Assembly (NCBI GenBank): GCA_041661345.1
Contig: JBAZUO010000003.1
Span: 28,719 to 92,718 of the forward strand
Reading direction: 5' to 3'
DNA from: Candidatus Omnitrophota bacterium
Lineage (GTDB): Bacteria > Omnitrophota > Gorgyraeia > 2-01-FULL-45-10
DNA length: 64,000 bases
The notes under the pieces were generated by a model. The model ran no database searches. It was given only the letters and a program-made list of their open reading frames with translations, and had not been told where the DNA came from. This document shows, in pieces, positions 57,401-64,000 of this stretch. Position 1 is the stretch's first letter, and each line of letters starts with the position of its first letter. The position numbers and the translations under genes are program-made.

Positions 57401-60400
57401 ATTGGCATATTCTCCGACGCCATTCATTATTTCTCCCATGGCACCTGCGTTGTCATTATATGCCCTGACAGCGATCCGGTAGCTATTTGCGTCGCTCTCG
57501 AGATCGCTCGCCGATTTTTCAAGGCCTATACTGACTTTAGAACCGGGCCTAATGGGCCGGTCTGCCGCGTTAGGCAGCCACACCGCTATCTGCGAATAGA
57601 GGGTCTGGGCTACGAAGGAATATAGGAAAAAGATCGGGCCCGCGAGTTCCGGTTTTAACCTGACGTGCCAGAACCATTGATAAATTTCTACAACATTGGC
57701 CCTCCATCCGGCGATGCTCAGATCCGATATGGGAAGGTACGCGAAATACGCCAGTACGGCAAGCATTGTTACCCCGTATATTATCGGGACCATAGACATC
57801 GCGATCCTCGATGGGCTTCTATTATATCTCAGCCTTGCATATAACTCCTTCGTGCCCTTATAGATCCAGGAAGCGGCAGATTTGGCTATTACGAAGACGG
57901 CTATCACAATAAATATTTGCGGTAAGTACGCCAGCCAGAAAAATATAGCCGGCATATAATACTTTGCTATGAAATTTACGTTCCCGAGCGAATACCCGAT
58001 GGCTAACGTAAGTATCGCTACTAGAGCAATACCCGATGCCCATACGATAGTACCGCCTTTTACATTTCCTACTTTTTCTTTAAGCCGCGCTATCTTCTTA
58101 TTGAGCGGGCCGTACATGATATCATCTTTCTCGCCCGATATCTGATACCAAAGATGGATCGCTATAAGAATAGCTGCTGTGAGGCCGATACCGTAAGAAA
58201 CGGGATAAGCTAACGTCGGCTGCGGCAAATAACTTAAGCCCCAGAATAATGTCGTACCAGCCGTTATCATGAAGAAGAGGGCCGATACCGCGCCTCCGGC
58301 AATCATGACAAAAAATTCCCATACTCCGGTGGCGCCCCTGCTCTTATAGATAGACCTCATATTGTCATAGGTCATGAATTTTACGAGTGTCTGCATGTAG
58401 CCCTTGGTCCACCGCGATCTCTGATTGACCCATCTCTGCCAGTATTGTTCCGGTATTGCCTCTTCTAAAGTGTTGTCAAATAGGACTGCCGTCCTGTATC
58501 CTCTCTTCCATAGCTCCATGCCGAGATGCTCGTCCTCCGTTACGTTGAACCCATCCCAGCCGCCGAGATCCAGAAGGGTTGGAACATAAAAATAGTTAGA
58601 GGTGCCGCCCAGAGGGATGAGAGTCCCGGTCGCATTCAAACCCGGTAAGAGTAACTTGAACCATGCCTCGTAATCTGCCGAGAAATTCTTTGTCGTCCAG
58701 CTCTTGTACCAGTTGAACCAGTCGAGCTGACATTGTATTACGGCAGGTATACTTATCTGCTTAAATTTCTCTATAATGCTATCTTTCGTCACCTCGACAT
58801 GCTCGAGCTCGAGCATCTTGATTACGAAAGGAATGTGCAGATTTATGCCGAATCTGAAGACCGAGTCGTATATTTCCTTACCGCTTGGACGGGTTGGGGT
58901 CGCGGGTAAAGATAAGAGGTACTCTTTAAAATTTTCTTTCGTCAACTTATTCGGCTCGGGGCACGCGTCATCCCTTAAAATCTCTTCCAGATACCTTAAT
59001 GTTCTATGAATCCTCTGATATGTAAATATGACCTTATCGACCTGATAAAGGCCGGGCGCGTCTTCTCCATCCCATATGACGGCGTATTCGCCCTTAGTAT
59101 ATCCGACACCGTAATCTGTGGCATACGGCTTTGTTTGCGGCTGAGGCGATTCTCCCACTATATCACTCGGGGCTCGTATAGGTGTCGCTACAATTCTAAA
59201 ATTCAGGAACTCCGGCACTCTATTACGCTCAAGCATAGATAGAACGGGGGTTATGGTAGCCTCATCGCCTTCTTCTCCCGATATGAGTACCTGGATCTTG
59301 GGATAATTCAAATTTGAAACGTTTCTGACAAGTTTACCTACAACGTTCGGTTCATTGAATACGGGTAGATAAACGGTAACGAGGGGCAATAGATGGTAAG
59401 CGCCTATCGTGAACCTATCGTTCACGTCCAGAGAATTTATGATATCATCTCTGTCGTCTATAAGCCTGGTAACCTTGCCGGTCAGGTCAACGCTTACGAT
59501 GCCTTTTTCTACCAGCGAATGGGCTGATATGCATCTCAAGAGCGACTCGGCATCTCTTGATGTAACTTCAAATAGAGCATTTATAACATTCTCTTTCCAA
59601 GCCTGGATCTCAGCCTCCGGCCTGCCGGCTGGATTAAAACTATACAATTCCGGATAGGCTGCCTGGAAAGACCTTAGGATCTCTACCGGTACTCCGTCAA
59701 CATTTATCTCGTGTTCTCTAAAATTATATGTATAAGTCGAGATCTGCGCGTTACGATCCGCCGGAATAGTTATGAGGGCTTTGAATCTGGCAGGATCCAT
59801 AAACTGTATCGTCTCTCTCGGGAGACTGGCTACCTCTTCATCCGAGGCATTCAGCGGCGGATTATAATCGAATACCTTGGATAATGCTGTCGATCTTGCC
59901 ACGAATCCTCTCGCGCCTATGATCCTCTTAAAAACGTCGATTATCAATCCTAAAAATACCGCGGTATTTACGGCGATCGCAATCGGGACCAGGAACGGGT
60001 AACCAAACAACCAGCCAACGGCGCTTAAACCCAGAAGTGCCGCTGCCGGGACCAGGATAAACATACTCTTCTGTACAGGTGTAGCCCATACAAAACACGC
60101 CAGGTCCTCATTTTCATACTTCATGTATAGATCTATCATTCCCGCCTGGGCTTTAAATCTCCTGGCCTTGGCTTCCTGCATAAGATGGGCCAAATTTACA
60201 TTGTCTTCAGCCCTATTTCTTGCCCTGTAAACATCGCCAAGCGCCTCATATCTTACAACCTGCCGGTATCCGGAAATAACCCTCAAGAGTTCCTGGAAGC
60301 GCAACTCCGCGCCTGATTTTTTCCTTAGATAGTGCTTTACCGCAACCTGGGCCGCCTCTATCTTTTCTCCGCTCACAAGAAGCTCGCTGATCTCGGCTAT

Positions 60401-63400
60401 CGATTCGGCAAGGCTTTGGTTTAGAGATTTGTTACAAACCTCCCCGACAAAGCCGGGCCCGCCGTGGATCCTCTTAAGCATCGCGATCTCGCCCACGCTG
60501 TCAGTCGTGATCGCCCCGGCTGCTGCGTTATTCTGCGCAATAATATCCTGAACCGCCAAAAGCTTTTCCCTGATGAGTTCCAGGGCCTGCCGGCTCTGGC
60601 CTTGCTGAACCAATTTCTGCGCACGCTTGCCGCCGGACCTGGCATTAACAACATCGGCAAATTGCCGTTCCAGGTTTCCAAGAAAGTTGTTGAAATTATT
60701 TATTCTCTCTATCGTCTGATCTATATTTCCCATGCCGGCCGCCATATTCTTAACCTCGACGCCGGGTTCTTCTTTAACGAATTTTGTCGTCTTGACGACA
60801 AAATCTCTTATATTTTGCTTCAACAGGCCCTCATCGCCGATCTGAGCCCACTGGCCGTGCAATACTTTATAAAGATTTCTCGAATTTAACAATTCGCTTA
60901 TTTGATGATTGCGGTCGTATCTGTGATTCGTAAATGCCCTTACGCTTTCCTGGACATCTTTATTCCTCAGGAAGACACCTCTGTATAGTATCGAATCCTT
61001 ATATAGCGTCTCGACTTCGTCTTCTGTCCTGTCTTCTTCTGATTTGGATAACGCATGCTTGTGATTATAGGCGTGGAATAAGCGCTCTCCTAAAACAGAC
61101 AGAGCGCCCATGGCGAGGCGATTCGTATGAAGCGAAGCGAAGATTATATCAGCAAAATCCCGCGATAAGATTATCTCTACTTTAACAACTCTGCCAAACA
61201 CGTCTTCGGTAATTCTTTCTTTGACATTCGAATCCTCAAAATTCTCTTCGGCGACCTCGATAAATACAGGCGGCCCCCTTCTAGTCTCGATACTGCTCCA
61301 TATACTCGTAAGCCTTCTATCCCCGGATTCACGGATAACATCTCCTAAATGCTCGGTCGCTAATGTCACCGCGGTAGCAAGTATCATCTGCGGCGCCATA
61401 TTCTCTATCTCATCTTCATGGACTATATTTTTGATCTTTATTCCTTTTGTCTCAAACTCACCGGCCGCTTCTCCCATCGCCACGGTAAAGCTCTCATTTA
61501 TCCTTATATTAGCCGCAGAAGCGCTGCCGCCGACGCTTACGCTGCCGCCCTCACCGATCGTGTAGATATTCTTAACTTCGATCTTGCCGGCCTTAAATGT
61601 AATGCCGGCTTCTCTCTGCAATATTTGCCTGGTCTCGTAAAGATCCTTTGTTTCCTGATATTTCCTTACCACAGTAAATATGGCCGCCAGTACATTATCA
61701 TTTGCCTTCTTAACTTCTGTCGCAGTCGACGGCTGGCCTATAATCTCTAAGGCGATATTCTTAATGATCGACCTCAATATCCTGTCCTTGTCGAGCACAA
61801 CGGGTAAATCTTCGAGATCGCCATAATTGCCGGACCTGATAAACCTGTCTATAGACCAGAAAAATATGTCCGAGAACTTGCTGTAATTATTTTTATTCAC
61901 TCCCAGCTCATCATATAACGAAACCATCTCTTTATGTACGACCAGAGCACATCCCATCAATTTATTCATCTGGCCGTCATCGAGTTTATATTTCCTCTTC
62001 AGCGAGTACATCGTATCGAGAAGCTCTTCATCCGGATATTTTAAAAACGGATAATCATGCGCGGGCTGGAATTGTTTTAAAAGATCCGTCAGCCTCTTAC
62101 GCTCAAGCAAATTTTCGCCTATCTGGAAATCTATTTTATTCGGCGTATCGTCCGGATTCTGGTAAAAAACCGCTTTCCCGTCCACATCTTCACCGCTAAG
62201 CCGGACGCCCGTTTCGTTCGACAGTGCACCTATTGTATCTTTAGTTATGAGCTTTTTCGACCAGTGCATGTCTTCTTCGACCCTGCATGTCAAGGGCTTA
62301 TCCTTATTGCCCACAAAAGATGAGATCGGCTTGCCGCCGGCGGTTTTTACGCCGTTTAGCGACTGAATTTTTTCGATACCGTTCGTATCAAGCTTTAGCT
62401 GGTGCTTCGCGTCCTTCTTAACAAGCATCCTCGCGCCATATCTTTCATCAATACCGCCCGTCTCTTCCTGACTGGCCGGATGAATGTACGCTATGGCCTT
62501 ACCATCCACTATTCCATTTTCGACATCGGTAAAGAAGACCACGATAGGAGTTTTCGTATTTCTATATTTTTCGTTATTTATGGACGTCGCGAAGATACCG
62601 TGCAATATGGCGTCTTCCGGCTTTATAGCGGTAACCTCGGCGCTCGGCACATCAGAACTGGATACCTGAGATCTCTTAAGAAAATCTTCTAAATCCCTGG
62701 CTCGATCGCCGGTTTTGGGTGTAATCTTGAATCTTGCCATCGGGATATTCCTGCCGTCCTGCAGCATCTTGTTAATGTAAAAATATCCGTTCTCAAAGCC
62801 GCTGCCGGTAAGCGGTATGCCGAAAACGATATTCGAATCGGCCTGGTCATACAGATACATCGTCGTTCCAAACCGCGACACATCTTTTTCTTTGCTCAGG
62901 TCCAGATTTTTACCTGTTACCGGATCGACAAGTATAATTTTACCCGTATACTGGTCGGTCTTGCAAAAACCATTGACAGGATTTACTTCGACATATCTCT
63001 TATCTATTTCGAAATATTCCCTCACTCTGCGTTTACCGTGCACGCCGTAGAATTCGTATACGCCTTTACCTATATAGGCACTCTTTACGCTGTGTCTGCC
63101 GGTCTTTTCGTCTTTCGTAAGATGCACCGTGATATAGAAATCATCGTTAAGTTTGACCCTGTAGACCGAAAGCTTGCCCTCAACGCTGTCTATCCAGAAT
63201 CTTCCATCGGGCATCTCGGCAAGCGTTCCCACCCATTTCTGTGTTTCAAACTCTTCCTGTTCTTTTTCCGTTAGCAGAGTTCCCGCGATCGGAGTAACCA
63301 GGCCTATAACTCGCTGGCCGGCCTTCAAAGTCTCTGTTTCAGCCAGGTAACCGTCTCCGCTCGGCCTGTGCATCCTGTCTATTATGAGCCTTTCCTGCAA

Positions 63401-64000
63401 CTGGCCGCCATATGAATATTCCATGCTCTCGATGAGAGCGCCCTTCTTATTATTAACGATATCCCAGGTCTTACTCAGAACCGGTTTGTCTCCTGCATAA
63501 GCGCCGCCAAGTGCCCTGTCCATATCGTAACCGTATTCGGTCACATATTTTCTCTTCGATGATTCTTCGGTCAAGAGCAGCCATTTATCGCCAATTTCGG
63601 AGTTACGCTGTCTCAATATCCTGGAAACCTTTTCGAGTATCAATATCTCCGGATCGCTTTCCTTCTGGCGGTATGTGGTATGTTCTTCCATAGAAGACGT
63701 GTCCTCGTTATACACGAGTACCTGGTGGACAATACCGTTACCATAATAATGGGTAACTATATCCTGGTACATCGGTTTTCCGTAGGCATCATATATGCCG
63801 AATGAATTTTCGTTCTTTATGGTATCTACCTTAGACTGGACTATCCAGAGCGCTCCCTGCGGAATAGGATATGATTTAAATGGCTGCCCATGAGGGCCTG
63901 CCGCAAAATCGGCTATCAGCCCGCCTTTTTTATTCGAACGAACTGTGCCGACAACCCTATCTCCCACTTTTAATTCTTTCGTCTCTGCCCTTATAGCATG
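51452..64000 (-). CDS. Giant multidomain protein 3 (>=4,182 codons, N-terminus beyond the right edge): unassigned N-region + 2 TM + processive GT2 synthase + polytopic membrane block + HExxH motif + NAGPA-like + HD-like + HIT-like + unassigned C-terminus
   Basis: The ORF track starts at GTG 63967, but the frame stays open for the remaining 11 codons to position 64000 (HAIRAETKELK-VGDR..), so the true start is probably outside the window. The confidence value is for being a real CDS. Confidence 0.9.
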   Translation of the reverse strand, partial: HAIRAETKELKVGDRVVGTVRSNKKGGLIADFAAGPHGQPFKSYPIPQGALWIVQSKVDTIKNENSFGIYDAYGKPMYQDIVTHYYGNGIVHQVLVYNEDTSSMEEHTTYRQKESDPEILILEKVSRILRQRNSEIGDKWLLLTEESSKRKYVTEYGYDMDRALGGAYAGDKPVLSKTWDIVNNKKGALIESMEYSYGGQLQERLIIDRMHRPSGDGYLAETETLKAGQRVIGLVTPIAGTLLTEKEQEEFETQKWVGTLAEMPDGRFWIDSVEGKLSVYRVKLNDDFYITVHLTKDEKTGRHSVKSAYIGKGVYEFYGVHGKRRVREYFEIDKRYVEVNPVNGFCKTDQYTGKIILVDPVTGKNLDLSKEKDVSRFGTTMYLYDQADSNIVFGIPLTGSGFENGYFYINKMLQDGRNIPMARFKITPKTGDRARDLEDFLKRSQVSSSDVPSAEVTAIKPEDAILHGIFATSINNEKYRNTKTPIVVFFTDVENGIVDGKAIAYIHPASQEETGGIDERYGARMLVKKDAKHQLKLDTNGIEKIQSLNGVKTAGGKPISSFVGNKDKPLTCRVEEDMHWSKKLITKDTIGALSNETGVRLSGEDVDGKAVFYQNPDDTPNKIDFQIGENLLERKRLTDLLKQFQPAHDYPFLKYPDEELLDTMYSLKRKYKLDDGQMNKLMGCALVVHKEMVSLYDELGVNKNNYSKFSDIFFWSIDRFIRSGNYGDLEDLPVVLDKDRILRSIIKNIALEIIGQPSTATEVKKANDNVLAAIFTVVRKYQETKDLYETRQILQREAGITFKAGKIEVKNIYTIGEGGSVSVGGSASAANIRINESFTVAMGEAAGEFETKGIKIKNIVHEDEIENMAPQMILATAVTLATEHLGDVIRESGDRRLTSIWSSIETRRGPPVFIEVAEENFEDSNVKERITEDVFGRVVKVEIILSRDFADIIFASLHTNRLAMGALSVLGERLFHAYNHKHALSKSEEDRTEDEVETLYKDSILYRGVFLRNKDVQESVRAFTNHRYDRNHQISELLNSRNLYKVLHGQWAQIGDEGLLKQNIRDFVVKTTKFVKEEPGVEVKNMAAGMGNIDQTIERINNFNNFLGNLERQFADVVNARSGGKRAQKLVQQGQSRQALELIREKLLAVQDIIAQNNAAAGAITTDSVGEIAMLKRIHGGPGFVGEVCNKSLNQSLAESIAEISELLVSGEKIEAAQVAVKHYLRKKSGAELRFQELLRVISGYRQVVRYEALGDVYRARNRAEDNVNLAHLMQEAKARRFKAQAGMIDLYMKYENEDLACFVWATPVQKSMFILVPAAALLGLSAVGWLFGYPFLVPIAIAVNTAVFLGLIIDVFKRIIGARGFVARSTALSKVFDYNPPLNASDEEVASLPRETIQFMDPARFKALITIPADRNAQISTYTYNFREHEINVDGVPVEILRSFQAAYPELYSFNPAGRPEAEIQAWKENVINALFEVTSRDAESLLRCISAHSLVEKGIVSVDLTGKVTRLIDDRDDIINSLDVNDRFTIGAYHLLPLVTVYLPVFNEPNVVGKLVRNVSNLNYPKIQVLISGEEGDEATITPVLSMLERNRVPEFLNFRIVATPIRAPSDIVGESPQPQTKPYATDYGVGYTKGEYAVIWDGEDAPGLYQVDKVIFTYQRIHRTLRYLEEILRDDACPEPNKLTKENFKEYLLSLPATPTRPSGKEIYDSVFRFGINLHIPFVIKMLELEHVEVTKDSIIEKFKQISIPAVIQCQLDWFNWYKSWTTKNFSADYEAWFKLLLPGLNATGTLIPLGGTSNYFYVPTLLDLGGWDGFNVTEDEHLGMELWKRGYRTAVLFDNTLEEAIPEQYWQRWVNQRSRWTKGYMQTLVKFMTYDNMRSIYKSRGATGVWEFFVMIAGGAVSALFFMITAGTTLFWGLSYLPQPTLAYPVSYGIGLTAAILIAIHLWYQISGEKDDIMYGPLNKKIARLKEKVGNVKGGTIVWASGIALVAILTLAIGYSLGNVNFIAKYYMPAIFFWLAYLPQIFIVIAVFVIAKSAASWIYKGTKELYARLRYNRSPSRIAMSMVPIIYGVTMLAVLAYFAYLPISDLSIAGWRANVVEIYQWFWHVRLKPELAGPIFFLYSFVAQTLYSQIAVWLPNAADRPIRPGSKVSIGLEKSASDLESDANSYRIAVRAYNDNAGAMGEIMNGVGEYANLNTDEARLDAMVRYLRSHDDEAAVTQVPILRNSLKRCIVDRSDVVISHAESLERDAGNIRTGVLDMATYAYLALALAIPAIMINLFYPGFVPPKYIALSFIAISVLITIAGKASPITAKKVSISAAAVFNVIYMQSLIIGAWIGLKEMVCGLAHYWSKTAHGAEGEDVGEVVIFGLRWTHRYNYGDTSGEIKDNRPLRRFSFIEFSRFIIKTLVFTVAIWAIMLVGARRDYLYKYQELPEVRARYITPYYDAFAGRKFIEAPTMADKLKWGMLDQKVLPFPELPQDVRADIEAAGDDPVKLTQALRARLEDVFSQYDCYKEIFASFEEQGEIKEKGLLKGHLDDLAYFAKSPNGINGKEAQRLTVLIEAEYGAYVAIIRKQVRDWDMTEATGEGEINTLRNFITESMGAIGIGFEFDENEFKINVDKKAPSTSTSHNLEPVKPIGIFTGGWLVGSLISLGTIAILNYLAVAHINPWLSLGAGLGLSLTGFYLAGKKHAAARLSIINIKANREGLRNGDWYSIEYNSLKLALSELYKKEGIDINIDSVKSLIWTAEEMPDNPFDAFMELFKTSPPKIATSDRINRTISIAPSLLWPGNEKTLKRILRHEYAHLNGAEELGATYAESGWLSIFNLRAVYNIPLLFIDYIMNLLAPIEVRPEIQPTAPPITVAVKPFTSERGPSTTMAVAGIRTDEVTIYPVFQKNLAESRGMQRDRVPMHFGYRLENGEFQDVNDVAPDFKNVRKDVWTIERHLAEFRKDHPDVEVLGFVGNGNILANPGLASYVGGRLYAIEQERNLIHSGESGKYPSLIMWKDGRYSIEEVSFTPDEKVTQVSTGKNITEDVIFTNSGIGLLKSDGNGNAMPYSVEDNYRQHYEVRNYLDFPFMPSFNTHFGVSQFYADDGSLIPGFLVCAVSRPITLNLEMNKAPLSEDQIEELRTGLTEKGYKPAKSDADVAYGTYYISKGLIKIGFMRGINPHNICGIDADGNLVFSMVVAGKSNKVGITFKEAQSELENMGVVSAIALDSGGDAMMNIGGNFVVPSFMGRDRLTSLLIFGKSSQPQPKSPALPAARNILAMSSTEILGFANPKYNELKKHSVADWNYARPIALELGYAEDSEFMNNLRVVCFAHDIGGMLGYEPDTDVESSLLKLARDNSVQYMGRNPQDVVDEFSRKGVLLTPAQARLVPVMDHGNNSLRILDNAGVKLPDDVRFVISRHMTVPSEKEIAGWSKERRDLYACLAISDSFEFGNNYYKKNSAAILERLGKPQFEAPEDTLSFLTNRKFASVPSLQAALNAAEGIIVNSQFGAAVAYSRSPLNAAEFASPARPQAPPICKDVTLTDGLKFKLAFLPCRGQYKAAAAKQLQELMAGSPQALPLNHNESLCPLCKEKHGTEKYFVVPPKSHFAEDHELFVSTQPRPQVITSQDQIEDIAKFMEQKGERYEAIFNSLNPERKSLAHIHYHWQVFKKTSTIWENYQNGVLNNRHSLEESTDRVKVEYSTNRAFPAKFIIGSDLSKIGEIVLKDTQAISAKSLIPSINFTLINGQFAFAIEAVRTEKPASLIEIDNESQAGLAAAEHAGYIICDTEKLFNALKDDPELIRQILIDSTAPIEEALGKRAQPKAPPSIAILIPEGAEDVRQALGESLGSSAKVFTNEELFKAETARRTPGIVINGNIRIADIKNPDFKLYVEAIQTIAADKNGEKLRRFVNFLKKKLDLMDKFDIDTAKQRLLSKGERMSRYTKRINAILPVLLREQQTRLARAYSAMAPSEGQFNNQVAVGTTDTIAENDIYLFDKIIKASKQGIVSPIIYGNKIKTLEDATAFARAGLRVQGLNEGSIDEVMKSIVFIDSKNGTKARNDIVMEIQSEVYKRFGTTLDLYNDIGIRANDNELMNAGQGPVLGKFIEIKPVTINGEQVYVSINTYEITLEVVTKLKGTMTLEGLAIPGLKIDERGRIVFTSPIVPYDYNKEIGAYRDAMILLAAAA
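53000..53400 (-). other. Domain in giant 3: HIT-superfamily (GalT/Apa2-like nucleotidyl transferase/phosphorylase)-like
   Basis: CPLC (53245-53256), followed about 70 residues later by NSLNPERKSLAHIHYHWQVF. This contains an H-phi-H-phi-H-phi-phi histidine triad (53021-53035). Confidence 0.4.
54235..55270 (-). other. Domain in giant 3: phosphodiester glycosidase (NAGPA / DUF2233)-like
   Basis: GIDADGNLVFSMVVAGKS..GITFKEAQSELENMGVVSAIALDSGGDAMMNIGGNFV resembles the C-terminal core of the NAGPA family (..G.t..ela..l..lG...AlnLDGGGS..m). Confidence 0.45.
58400..59385 (-). other. Domain in giant 3: processive family-2 glycosyltransferase catalytic core (BcsA/HAS/chitin-synthase-like)
   Basis: VTVYLPVFNEPNVV (59343-59385), YAVIWDGEDAP (DxD at 59060-59071), GGTSNYF, VTEDEHLGMEL (TED at 58532-58540) and QRSRWTKG (QxxRW at 58409-58423). 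It is preceded by two TM helices (about 59940-60075) and followed by multiple TM helices (about 56750-58330). Confidence 0.8.

Noticed and set aside
1-64000. rRNA, tRNA, tmRNA, RNase P and CRISPR arrays
   Set aside because: I found no stretch with tRNA cloverleaf/T-loop signatures, no conserved rRNA blocks, and no regularly spaced direct repeats. The non-coding gaps are short except 324-784 and 51184-51451, which do not resemble these RNAs by eye.
31398-64000. The giant ORFs as NRPS/PKS megasynthases or repetitive adhesins/RTX-type toxins
   Set aside because: No condensation, adenylation, thiolation or ketosynthase core motifs are present. There are also no Ig-like, cadherin or RTX nonapeptide tandem repeats. 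The recognisable islands are carbohydrate-metabolism folds.

Overview
Almost all coding in this window is on the minus strand. The only convincing plus-strand gene is an IS200/RayT-like Y1 transposase. From left to right: (1) hydrogenase maturation genes: hypD (partial), hypC and a truncated hypF. (2) An inverse-autotransporter-like surface protein. (3) The transposase, flanked by inverted REP-like hairpins. (4) A tightly coupled block of htpX-like, MetE-like, speB and pdaD, which covers arginine -> agmatine -> putrescine. (5) A glycan-utilisation-like locus of about 21 kb. It holds a ROK regulator, a solute-binding protein, two ABC permeases, a GPH symporter, GH94 and GH130 phosphorylases, two clan GH-A-like glycosidases, two CBM-like secreted paralogs, a GT2, a phosphohexomutase, a TIM-barrel isomerase, two Gfo/Idh/MocA oxidoreductases and an OmpR/histidine-kinase pair. 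(6) The standout is three consecutive giant ORFs of 3,136, 3,454 and at least 4,182 codons at 31398-64000, about 51% of the window; the third is still open at the right edge. Reading the translations by eye, each giant has recognisable sugar-metabolism domains separated by long stretches I cannot assign. Giant 1 has ROK kinase, G1PDH/DHQS-like, 2x SIS and GT35-like domains. Giant 2 has fucokinase-type NDP-sugar pyrophosphorylase-like, phosphohexomutase and PMI-like cupin domains. Giant 3 has a processive GT2 synthase with a polytopic membrane block, plus NAGPA-like, HD-like and HIT-like domains. Together they look like a hexose-to-polymer route spread over about 10.8k residues, an architecture I do not recognise as described. 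All domain calls are motif-level readings and need profile or structure searches. I saw no rRNA, tRNA or CRISPR array. The source organism cannot be assigned from this sequence alone.
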